Part shown: piece by piece, positions 55,818 through 64,000 of the stretch | Numbering within the stretch: the stretch's first letter is position 1 | How the letters are laid out: each line of letters opens with the position of its first letter | NCBI GenBank assembly: GCA_002499585.1 | Contig: DAMH01000009.1 | Coordinates: forward strand, 3,396 to 67,395 | Length of the DNA stretch: 64,000 bases | Reading direction: 5' to 3' | Origin: Euryarchaeota archaeon UBA552 | GTDB lineage: Archaea > Thermoplasmatota > Poseidoniia > Poseidoniales > Thalassarchaeaceae | Notes under the pieces: generated by a model | What the model was told of the DNA's origin: nothing | Database searches by the model: none | The model's input: the letters and a program-made list of their open reading frames with translations, nothing else | Made by a program: the position numbers and the translations under genes

Positions 55818-56273
55818 TCATTCGTATATGTGGATTTCAGTGTCTCTGACCCAATCTACCAATCCATCTGGAAACCATAACTCCAATTCGAATCTTGCAG
55901 TTTCTGGTCCGTCGGAACCGTGGATTACATTATGGCCAATGTCCATTGAAAAATCCCCCCTTATGGTGCCGGGAGGAGCTTCTTTCCCGTCCGTCGGACC
56001 GATCAAATTCCTTGCGACTGTTATCGCCCCGATGCCAGTCCACGCCATCGCTACTACAGGCCCAGAAGTGATAAACTCGATGAGTCCGCTGTAGAAGGGC
56101 CTCTCACTGTGAACTGCATAATGAGTTTCTGCCAACTCATGGCTGGGCTTAAGTTGTCTAAGTCCTACTAAACGTAGGCCTTTGTTTTCAAATCTACCAA
56201 TTATGTCGGATACCAGTCCTCTCTGGACACCGTCAGGTTTGATCATCACAAAGGTCGTCTCCATGTCACCCAT
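55818..56273 (-). CDS. ndk: nucleoside diphosphate kinase
   Basis: [14 protein letters not shown], active-site His context NVIHGSD. Confidence 0.95.
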   Translation of the reverse strand: MGDMETTFVMIKPDGVQRGLVSDIIGRFENKGLRLVGLRQLKPSHELAETHYAVHSERPFYSGLIEFITSGPVVAMAWTGIGAITVARNLIGPTDGKEAPPGTIRGDFSMDIGHNVIHGSDGPETARFELELWFPDGLVDWVRDTEIHIYE

Positions 56274-56370
56274 GATCCGCCGAACCCCCTTTCCTATTTC
56301 AACGCAAAGTATGAAAACTGGATTACTTGATTTTTAGGAACAAAATAATCGTGCGTGTTAGGAGGTTATT

Positions 56371-57174
56371 TCAGGAAACGATTCTCTTTCTGCACCTTGT
56401 AATACCGACAAATACCACGACCGGCATCAATATGAGTATGTAAGCCACAGAATAGAACATGCCATTGAGACCATCGCCATAGGCCAGTGAGCGTGTAATT
56501 AGGGCCGCATGTGTTAAGGGTAGGCAATATGCTATGTTTTGGGCAACAACTGGAAACTCGCTCAGCGGAAAAAACGTCCCAGCCAGTATGAACATGGGAT
56601 TAATGAGCAAAAAGAATGGGATGTTAAACCAGTCAATTGAGGGGGTGTGCGAAGTTAAGATGAGACCCATTCCTGCAAACATCATCCCAATGGGTACAGC
56701 TACGATTGGCATCATTATGGCACCGGAAAATGAGACTAATTGCATGTTTACCAAATAACCCACGAAGGTTATCGCAGCAGTCATCATAGTCGCATTAACC
56801 ACAGACTTGGTTGTGGCCCAAACAAGTTCTGCTACTAATACATCGTTCGCTGAGGCAGGAGTAGCCGCTATGGCCTGCCATGTTTTTTGATAGTACATCC
56901 TAACAAACGCTGAGTAGGTAGCTTCGAAGAACGCTCCAAACATCATGGAAATAGCCAAAATTGAGGGCGCGATGAATTCGACGTAGCTTACACCCCCCAT
57001 TTGGTTGATGTACGCTCCGACACCAAAACCGAAACCGAGTAGATACAACATTGGTTCAACAAGTGGAGGCAGGAGGTTGGTTTTCCATGTCCTTAACCAG
57101 ACATCTAGGTGTCTTCTCCACACCATGTGGACCATAACGGGTGAGACCCCAAAAATTTCTTTCATCAAAATCAC
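56371..57174 (-). CDS. ABC-2-type exporter permease
   Basis: 6-TM hydrophobic protein. Its start (GTG 57174 or ATG 57165) abuts or overlaps the stop of the ATPase gene. Confidence 0.75.
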   Translation of the reverse strand: MILMKEIFGVSPVMVHMVWRRHLDVWLRTWKTNLLPPLVEPMLYLLGFGFGVGAYINQMGGVSYVEFIAPSILAISMMFGAFFEATYSAFVRMYYQKTWQAIAATPASANDVLVAELVWATTKSVVNATMMTAAITFVGYLVNMQLVSFSGAIMMPIVAVPIGMMFAGMGLILTSHTPSIDWFNIPFFLLINPMFILAGTFFPLSEFPVVAQNIAYCLPLTHAALITRSLAYGDGLNGMFYSVAYILILMPVVVFVGITRCRKRIVS

Positions 57175-58112
57175 TCCCTAAGTTGCCTTCCGGTGAGTTG
57201 CAAAAATACATCTTCCAATGTAGCTCTTCTCCGTATCACATCTTGTATCGAAATATCGGTCTCAAACTCGTCTGCCAAATCATGAATACCCGATCCATAG
57301 GCTATTATCCGATCCGCAATCCTGCTAAATTTCGCCCCGAGGTCCTCAATCAAAATCTGTATCCTATCCAATGTAGCCCCCCCATCCTCATAAGAAGCGA
57401 GAAACTCAACAGCCTCCTTGCCGACCGTGCTCAAGATCAGATCCTTAGGAGAGCCTCTGACCAGTATTTTGCCCCCATCAACTATTGCTAGATCATCGCA
57501 AAGTAACTCGGCCTCATCCATGTAGTGAGTCGTAAGGAGGATTGTGTTGCCGGACCGTCGGTAACTTCTGATTTGGTCCCACACCCGATGCCTGGCCTGA
57601 GGATCTAGCCCTGTTGTTGGCTCGTCGAGGATCAGCAGGTCGGGGTTGTTGATTAGCCCCCTCGCTACAATTAATCTTCTCTTCATCCCTCCGGACAAAT
57701 TTGTTATCTTCTCATTGGCCTTTTCTGTCAGGCCGACGAGTTCCAAAAGATCAGACGCCTTCTTCTTCGCTTCTGTGCCATGAATTCCGAAATAGCGAGC
57801 GTAGACGATTAGATTGAACATGGAAGAGAAATCCGGGTCTAAATTGTCCTCCTGTGGTATAACTCCTATTCTTGATCTGACTTCTCTGCTCTGTTTTTCC
57901 ACATCCATCCCGAACACCTCCAATGAACCACTGGTTAGAGGGGATGATGCTTGGAGCATTCGAATCATGGTTGTTTTACCAGCACCGTTTGGCCCTAGTA
58001 GTCCGAAGCATATTCCTTGTTCTACATCCAGGTCTATGCCGTCGACAGCTACCAAATCTCCGAAATGTTTCCTGAGACCCCTGGCCGATATAGCTATGGA
58101 GGATTCCGACAT
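57171..58112 (-). CDS. ABC transporter ATP-binding protein (DrrA/NodI-like)
   Basis: Walker A GLLGPNGAGKTT, signature LSGGMKRRL, Walker B LILDEPTTGLD. Confidence 0.9.
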   Translation of the reverse strand: MSESSIAISARGLRKHFGDLVAVDGIDLDVEQGICFGLLGPNGAGKTTMIRMLQASSPLTSGSLEVFGMDVEKQSREVRSRIGVIPQEDNLDPDFSSMFNLIVYARYFGIHGTEAKKKASDLLELVGLTEKANEKITNLSGGMKRRLIVARGLINNPDLLILDEPTTGLDPQARHRVWDQIRSYRRSGNTILLTTHYMDEAELLCDDLAIVDGGKILVRGSPKDLILSTVGKEAVEFLASYEDGGATLDRIQILIEDLGAKFSRIADRIIAYGSGIHDLADEFETDISIQDVIRRRATLEDVFLQLTGRQLRE

Positions 58113-58152
58113 GACATCTGCCTCTTCTACATCCTTTGTTTGAATAAGTGTG

Positions 58153-58890
58153 TCATACGTCGCGCAAGCGGTTTGGCGTTATGTCATTTGGAGATAATCG
58201 ATTCGCACCGAAGGAATTTATGTCTGCATCACTTGGATATCCGACGCAGATACCGCAGAGTAGAGAGTAATTTTTACTGATGTCAAACTCTTCTCGAACG
58301 GCATCTTCCCATACCGCCACTGAACCCTGTGCACAGGTGCCTAAACCCATCGAATGAGCAGAAAGCATCAGGTTTTGCATGAATAGGCCAGCATCAGAGG
58401 CGGCAAACTTTCCAAGACTTCGGTGGGTGAAAAGAAACAACTCAACAGGCGCACCAAAAAACTCGTAATTCCTCGCCCAGAATCTGTTTCTGGCATCTCT
58501 GTCTTCCCTATCGATGCCCAGATGAGCGTACAACTCCTTCCCAATCTTCTGCGAGCGAGGGAGCAAATCAGGGTGATATTTTTTCACGACAAGCCAGTTA
58601 CTTGTTGGGAAACCATACCGCCTTATCAGAGAATTGACTTTCCCCTTTATTCCTGACCCCCGAAAATTTTTCACAGCGTCCCATCGACGAAGGAACTCAT
58701 TAGAGAGACGATCTCTGACTGACCCAGTTGCAACTGCGACCATAAATGGCCTTGTGTTGCTCCAACTCGGTGCGGTCAGACCGTCTTGAATGATCTGCTC
58801 AATCATAGACTCGGGGACAGGATTCGGAAGGAAATCTCTGGTTGATCTCCTAGAAGCAAGAAACTCACTAAACTCTTCCAATGGCATCAT
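58153..58890 (-). CDS. nitroreductase-family flavoprotein
   Basis: RRSTRDF N-terminal motif, PSWSNTRPF, HSMGLGTCAQG. ATG 58890 is preferred over TTG 58920. Confidence 0.75.
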   Translation of the reverse strand: MMPLEEFSEFLASRRSTRDFLPNPVPESMIEQIIQDGLTAPSWSNTRPFMVAVATGSVRDRLSNEFLRRWDAVKNFRGSGIKGKVNSLIRRYGFPTSNWLVVKKYHPDLLPRSQKIGKELYAHLGIDREDRDARNRFWARNYEFFGAPVELFLFTHRSLGKFAASDAGLFMQNLMLSAHSMGLGTCAQGSVAVWEDAVREEFDISKNYSLLCGICVGYPSDADINSFGANRLSPNDITPNRLRDV

Positions 58891-59039
58891 CTCCTGCGCT
58901 GTCCGAGGCCATGCACCCAATTAATCACATTGCTAGGACCCATCAAATCTATGTTTTCATGGAAATTGGGGTATCACCCGTTGTAGGCGTCACATCGGAT
59001 TAGCCTCGTTGGAAAATACAGTCCTTCAATAACGTCCCT

Positions 59040-60596
59040 GTGCGAAAACTGGTCATGAACTTGAAAGCCACAGCGATAATAATAACAGGTCTTTTGTTGC
59101 TATCACCCACAACAATAGGACAAGAGAATCAGGAACCCTCTGAGGCAGACGGAGAAATCTGCTACAACACAGCTACTCACACCATTTCAGCCGGCGCGTC
59201 CTTCGACGAGTGCATGGCCTACGCATACTACGTCGACGCCGACTTCGACGGGATGATCTTCACAGGGTGCTACAACTCTGTCAGCCACGTTGCTGATCCT
59301 ACTGTCAATCAAACGGTGTGTGAAGCATACGCATGGGTCCCAGCCGTAGACATAGCTATGACTGCACAAGCAACCACAATACACAACTCACTGGTGGCTG
59401 CCCTTGCTCAAGCAGAACTTGTCACGACCCTACAAGGAACAGGTCCGTTCACGGTCTTCGCTCCTACAGACTACGCCTTCGCAGCGGCTGGGATAGACTT
59501 GGCCTCCCTCGACAGCGAGGAAGGCAAAGCGGCACTCATTGACATATTGACCTATCACGTCGTGGTCGGCTCGGTTAACTCATCGTCTTTGACAGACGGC
59601 ATGACTGTAGGTGCATACAACGGAGATGACCTGACTTTTTCCGTAGGACAGGGGGTCATGGTCAATGACGCTAATGTCACTCTTGCTGATGTCCCAGCCT
59701 CAAACGGTATAATCCACGTGATAGACAAGGTCCTAACACCTCCAGCAGAAGACATTCCAACAGTCGCCTCAGGAACAGGAAACCACACTGCTTTGGTAGC
59801 AGCCCTGGCGCATGTGGGGTTGGTTTCAACCCTGCAAGGTGATGGCCCATTCACAGTGTTTGCTCCTACAGACCAAGCATTTGCCGATTTGGGAATTGAC
59901 CTTACAACCTTCGACACGGATGAAGAAAACGCAACACTCATTGACATACTAACCTACCACGTAGTTGACGGGGAAGTAATGTCATCAGACCTATCTGATG
60001 GAATGACAGCAACATCAATCAACACGGATGTGCTAACCTTCGAGGTAAACGACAACGGTGTAATGGTGAACAACGCAAACGTCATTCAAGCAGATGTTAC
60101 GACTTCTAATGGTGTAATACACATCATCGACAAGGTTCTGACACCCCCTTCAGACGAACCACCAACACCGGAAGGATGTGACTACATCGTCGGAATCGAC
60201 GAAACAGGGTTCGCGTTTGATAAACCGGATTTATCCATTGCCGTCGGTGAAACTGTGTGTTGGATTTGGAACGACGAGGGTATGGCCCACAACGTCGCAG
60301 AGATCAGCGAAGAGGGCGATAAGGACCGCAAGGTGGGTGGAGAGTACAGTGGACAGCCAGAGATTAACCTAGACTATCGAATAACATTCGATAACGACGG
60401 GACCTTCCACTACATCTGTGAACCACATGTTTCCATGGACATGGTCGGAGTTGTAGTCGTGGGCACTGGAATCGATCCTCCTCCCCCAAGTGCTGAGCCG
60501 GAACCAGATAATGTGCCGGGTTTCCTTGGGACTTCCGCGCTAGTTGCGTTACTGGGGGCTGCATTGCTCGCCTCCAGGGGACGGAATGACGGGTGA
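59040..60596 (+). CDS. secreted fusion protein: duplicated Cys motif, two fasciclin (FAS1) domains, a type-1 cupredoxin and a PGF-CTERM anchor
   Basis: FAS1 signatures GPFTVFAPTDYAF...NGIIHVIDKVLTPP and GPFTVFAPTDQAF...NGVIHIIDKVLTPP. Blue-copper ligands AHNV ... YICEPHVSMDMVG (C-x2-H-x4-M). C-terminus PGFLGTSALVALLGAALLASRGR. Start is GTG 59040 or ATG 59055. Confidence 0.8.
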   Translation: MRKLVMNLKATAIIITGLLLLSPTTIGQENQEPSEADGEICYNTATHTISAGASFDECMAYAYYVDADFDGMIFTGCYNSVSHVADPTVNQTVCEAYAWVPAVDIAMTAQATTIHNSLVAALAQAELVTTLQGTGPFTVFAPTDYAFAAAGIDLASLDSEEGKAALIDILTYHVVVGSVNSSSLTDGMTVGAYNGDDLTFSVGQGVMVNDANVTLADVPASNGIIHVIDKVLTPPAEDIPTVASGTGNHTALVAALAHVGLVSTLQGDGPFTVFAPTDQAFADLGIDLTTFDTDEENATLIDILTYHVVDGEVMSSDLSDGMTATSINTDVLTFEVNDNGVMVNNANVIQADVTTSNGVIHIIDKVLTPPSDEPPTPEGCDYIVGIDETGFAFDKPDLSIAVGETVCWIWNDEGMAHNVAEISEEGDKDRKVGGEYSGQPEINLDYRITFDNDGTFHYICEPHVSMDMVGVVVVGTGIDPPPPSAEPEPDNVPGFLGTSALVALLGAALLASRGRNDG

Positions 60597-60606
60597 TATC
60601 TCGGTC

Positions 60607-62496
60607 TTAGTCCAATGAAGATGGTCCCTCTCCTAGTGGCACTATCATCACAACCAGCTCTTCTGGTTTCTCTACGGCGATCACTCCTCTGATATTTTGG
60701 GACTCAGCCAGATCAGAACTCGCTTCAGCTAGTTTTATTCTGGTACCCCGTATGGATATTGACAATCCTGATGACAGTTCAGGGGCTTCCCCGGGCAGCC
60801 ATATGCCGAGCCCTCCTAGATCTGGATGATGAGTGATCGCTAGCGAGCCCTCGTCACTATCCACGACTCTTAGTATCCTTAGGTGATCTTCAGCGTTAAT
60901 GAGGTCTGATGAATCCCTCCATTCCATCCAAGTTTCACCGATGGGCAACATATGTTCTCCAACCGCCTCCTCTATCTCCGTATTGACAGCTTCGTGCTTC
61001 TCCATGGTTGAGACATCAATTGTGTTCAACTCATCCAAAACTAGCCTCAAGCCTCGTCTTTCCTCGTCCTCTTCTCCGACGGCAGCCACATTCACCAAGG
61101 TGAGCAGATTCCGAATCCTATCCACTTCGTTCTCGTTATCCGATTCGATTGCACATTCTAGGGCCTCATCAAAAATCTCCAATGCCAGCCACGGCCTATC
61201 TATTCCCATGAGAGACCTCGCAAGATCCAACAATGGCTCAATAGCAGCGCCCTTATCCTCATTAATCAGGCCGGCTGCACTTCTTATCATGGCCCTGGAT
61301 GCCTCTCCATCCCCAGCGAGGTAGTGTGAGATGCCGGCTGCGATAATGTGTTTGATTTTGTTATCATTGGTTAGGCTAGATTGTCTGGCAGCACTTTCAA
61401 ACAATGAAGCAGCTCTTGTTTGCTCATTAGATGCTAACGCCATCAGACCCAGATGATGCATTGTACGAGATTCAGCCTTCGAGTCATCAGAGAGAGTTGA
61501 CTGGCTAAGCGCTCTTGCCATATGGAGACTTGATGCCTGATTCCGACCAAGAGATCCGGCGAGCAAACCCAAGACAGCCTCAAATCTTGAAACCGGACCA
61601 GCCATAGTTCTGTGGGCGATCATACAAAGCTCGTCATCGAGCGGCGATAGCCCGGCACCTATCCTCTCGTAGACGCTTTGCAATAGCTCCAGTCCGTAAT
61701 CATACATGCTCCCAGGATCCTCGTCCTCCCCCAACAAGGACTCAAGATGGTCGTCAATTTCCTTGATGGGCTCGCAGACCTGCGGTAATCTACCGAGTCT
61801 CTTCATGGAGGATTTTTTTATCCTCTCTCCATCAATATGCCTTCTTAGAGCAATAACAAGGGATTCGTCCAGTCCGTCTCCCTCTGTATCGGGTCTGCGG
61901 CGGGAGGGTTTACTGGACAATAGACTCTCGATAAGCCAGGTTAACTTACCCTGGATGTCATACTCTCCGGCCCTACTTATTGCGTATCGCATCTCAGCCG
62001 CTCTGATTCGCTTTGCAAGGGATCTCAATTTTCTTGAATCTGATTCGCTAGCTACCTCGGAAAGCCTCTGGATGAACGTCGAAGGTGGACACGTAGGGTA
62101 TGAAAATCCTGCCTTTTCCCTTGTGGTTGTCATTTTGTAATCATCAGACACTAAAATTACCTCACGTCCCAAATTGTGCTGTCTTGCCGCTAAAACCATC
62201 AACGAAATATCGACGTCTTGGGGGGCTGCATTCTCTCCGATCACTCTTGACAAAACACGAATCTCGTCTTCTGGGATTGTACTGGTGTTGATTATAGGAC
62301 TCAATACATCCAATACCTTTGGTCTCCCTTTCCAAGTTCTGAACCTAACAGTCTTCACCTCAACATGAACGCCAGATGTCACATGAATCTCGCTATTAGT
62401 TTTCGATAGTGTCCGATTCATACAATTAATGGCATCCTCTGATGCAATCGAACCTAGGTGAATAAATGCGTTTGAATCGACTATCCATTGCGTCAT
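60607..62496 (-). CDS. large PIN-domain protein with a helical-repeat (TPR-like) body
   Basis: The N-terminal PIN acidic residues sit in WIVDSNAFIHLG, DVDISLMVLA and VILVSDDYKM. This is followed by ~350 aa of Ala/Leu-rich helical sequence and a beta-rich C-terminus. There is no Zn ribbon, so it is not Nob1-like. Confidence 0.55.
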   Translation of the reverse strand: MTQWIVDSNAFIHLGSIASEDAINCMNRTLSKTNSEIHVTSGVHVEVKTVRFRTWKGRPKVLDVLSPIINTSTIPEDEIRVLSRVIGENAAPQDVDISLMVLAARQHNLGREVILVSDDYKMTTTREKAGFSYPTCPPSTFIQRLSEVASESDSRKLRSLAKRIRAAEMRYAISRAGEYDIQGKLTWLIESLLSSKPSRRRPDTEGDGLDESLVIALRRHIDGERIKKSSMKRLGRLPQVCEPIKEIDDHLESLLGEDEDPGSMYDYGLELLQSVYERIGAGLSPLDDELCMIAHRTMAGPVSRFEAVLGLLAGSLGRNQASSLHMARALSQSTLSDDSKAESRTMHHLGLMALASNEQTRAASLFESAARQSSLTNDNKIKHIIAAGISHYLAGDGEASRAMIRSAAGLINEDKGAAIEPLLDLARSLMGIDRPWLALEIFDEALECAIESDNENEVDRIRNLLTLVNVAAVGEEDEERRGLRLVLDELNTIDVSTMEKHEAVNTEIEEAVGEHMLPIGETWMEWRDSSDLINAEDHLRILRVVDSDEGSLAITHHPDLGGLGIWLPGEAPELSSGLSISIRGTRIKLAEASSDLAESQNIRGVIAVEKPEELVVMIVPLGEGPSSLD

Positions 62497-62586
62497 GTCA
62501 GTCTGTGTATACCCAAATCATGTTATCTTTTACTCATTTTGGATATGTTCAGACAAATTCATTGGGACATACCCCAACACAACGTC

Positions 62587-62829
62587 ATGGAATTGACGAT
62601 GGTCGGTGCTTATGTCGGCATGGCTCTGGTCCTGGCGGCCTTCGCTTTGGAGACAAGAGGTCAGATTTCCAGTAGATCAATGACCTACCTCAGTTCCATG
62701 GGTGTTGGTGAGGCTATGTTGACGGTCAGAGCCGCTGTTACCGGTGAGTGGCCATTTGCCATATTGGGCGGTATATGGGCCGCATTCGCACTTTACTCAA
62801 TACTACGGCCAGTGGAGAATGACTCTTAA
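62587..62829 (+). CDS. small 2-3 TM membrane protein
   Basis: MELTMVGAYVGMALVLAAFALE ... WPFAILGGIWAAFALYSIL. ATG 62587 is preferred over the track start 62488, which overlaps the divergent PIN gene. Confidence 0.4.
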   Translation: MELTMVGAYVGMALVLAAFALETRGQISSRSMTYLSSMGVGEAMLTVRAAVTGEWPFAILGGIWAAFALYSILRPVENDS

Positions 62830-62870
62830 GGCCCGAGGGATTGAAGCACAGGTACTGTATGAGATGAGAC

Positions 62871-64000
62871 ATGGAACGTCGTTTACCCCGCGCTCTGACG
62901 TTCGTCGTAATCTGCATAGTTTCCTTTTTCCCCAGCGCTGCTTCAACATCTGAGATATCAGAAATTGAGGAAATACAAGGAACAGCAACACTAGAAATAC
63001 ACTCTATCGGACAGTCTCAGTTGATTTCAGCGACATGGGAAATGACGATCCAAATTCCAGATAGTTTCGGCGTAGATTTTTTGCCAGAAGAAAATATGGG
63101 CATCAGACATCAAGTGGATTCTTACCTCGGAGATGGAGATGGAATCATATCTTCATCAGAATCTGAAATATTTTCCAACGCCTTACGACAAAATAGAACT
63201 TGGCAGGACGCAGACGAAGGGGGCTGTTGTTCCTTCGATCACACTCCGTTTCAATTGAATGGGAGTTTGGACTTCATATCAACTCCATTGGAAATGGGGC
63301 CTGTGGGGGGAAAAAGCACATGGGGCTGGTTTGAAAAAGCGAACTTAACTGGGCTTGCTGATCAGCGCCAAGTGAGAATATTGGAACTGCCTAGGACGGG
63401 GTCGATCGTAGAGGAAATTCCTCTGGTAGTTTCATTACCCGGAACGTGGGAGTATAGATTCAGTGCTCAATCCTCCGTCATTATTGCAGCTGATAATGGA
63501 TTCACAGTCGATCGATCGAAGGTGGGAGCAGCCTCTGATATACGCATATCTCTGGGAACCAATGAACCTCCTGTTGCATCAGCAGTCAGGGAACAAGGCG
63601 GGTCAACAACCATCTCCGCAAGCAATGACACGACATTCAGAGGTGTTTGCTCAGATAACGGTTTGATTGATCCATTACCGACTTGGCATGTAAGTGGTGC
63701 ACTCAACCTTACCCAATATCATGGAGAAAAAATGACTTTGAACACATCTGTACACGATTTAAAACATGGAGAAACTATTCACGTTACAATGGACTGTGTA
63801 GACCGACACAATTCCAGCTCACAATGGATGCAGACAGTTTCTATTGACACCAAACCGCCTATTTTGCAACCCCTGCTATCTATTTCTACAGGTACGGGAC
63901 AGTGGAGTGATGTAACAGTCGAAAACTCCGAATTTTATGTTCCATCAGGAGCTGTGGTCAGGACCCTGATCGAACCCATGGAAGAAAATGCGGATCCTGT
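62871..64000 (+). CDS. secreted hypothetical protein, 3'-partial (runs off the window)
   Basis: Not in the ORF track because no stop is reached. ATG 62871 gives MERRLPRALTFVVICIVSFFPSAAS (signal-like), then 376 uninterrupted codons including LGDGDGIISSSE and GGCCSFDH. Confidence 0.55.
   Translation, partial: MERRLPRALTFVVICIVSFFPSAASTSEISEIEEIQGTATLEIHSIGQSQLISATWEMTIQIPDSFGVDFLPEENMGIRHQVDSYLGDGDGIISSSESEIFSNALRQNRTWQDADEGGCCSFDHTPFQLNGSLDFISTPLEMGPVGGKSTWGWFEKANLTGLADQRQVRILELPRTGSIVEEIPLVVSLPGTWEYRFSAQSSVIIAADNGFTVDRSKVGAASDIRISLGTNEPPVASAVREQGGSTTISASNDTTFRGVCSDNGLIDPLPTWHVSGALNLTQYHGEKMTLNTSVHDLKHGETIHVTMDCVDRHNSSSQWMQTVSIDTKPPILQPLLSISTGTGQWSDVTVENSEFYVPSGAVVRTLIEPMEENADP

Noticed and set aside
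1-64000. CRISPR arrays, rRNA genes, IS elements or transposases, and toxin-antitoxin pairs.
   Set aside because: No regularly spaced direct repeats occur outside the TSP3 coding array. I saw no 16S/23S/5S-like sequence, no transposase (DDE) or Cas motifs in any ORF, and no small two-gene cassettes.

Overview
This 64-kb window is a densely packed chromosomal segment with about 58 protein genes and 3 tRNAs. I found no rRNA, no CRISPR array and no convincing mobile element.

The informational genes are clearly archaeal: FEN-1, family-B DNA polymerase, a GINS-like subunit, aEF-1alpha, aIF5B, ribosomal proteins S8e and S10, SRP19, Sec61beta, XerA, TruD and Lrp/AsnC. They are interleaved with bacterial-looking aerobic metabolism:
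- a hemD-B-L-E-F-Y operon
- an A-type haem-copper oxidase operon
- a fused RibD
- PepC
- two Soj-type ParA ATPases
- a large secretome of subtilases, PKD, fasciclin and thrombospondin-type-3 Ca-binding repeat proteins

By inference only, this fits a planktonic aerobic heterotrophic euryarchaeote (Marine Group II/Poseidoniales-like). No database search was possible.

Most worth a second look:
1. A CoxI whose N-terminus carries a signal peptide, a ~160-aa secreted beta-rich domain and an extra TM helix. CoxII also has a Ca-loop insertion, and a FAS1-FAS1-cupredoxin-PGF-CTERM protein could be the electron donor.
2. A membrane protein with a cytoplasmic SAP DNA-binding motif, sitting directly upstream of an orphan ParA that is translationally coupled to an EamA transporter.
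3. A second orphan ParA behind a MoxR AAA+ ATPase (no VWA partner) and aIF5B, convergent with a triple zinc-ribbon protein and an E/R/K-rich coiled-coil protein.
4. A 1459-aa kexin/furin-like convertase with a P domain and a dozen or more TSP3 repeats.
5. A 59-codon GTG-start Sec61beta gene missing from the ORF track, next to the largest unexplained gap in the window.

All functional calls rest on motifs read by eye. Start codons are often ambiguous because GTG and TTG starts are frequent.
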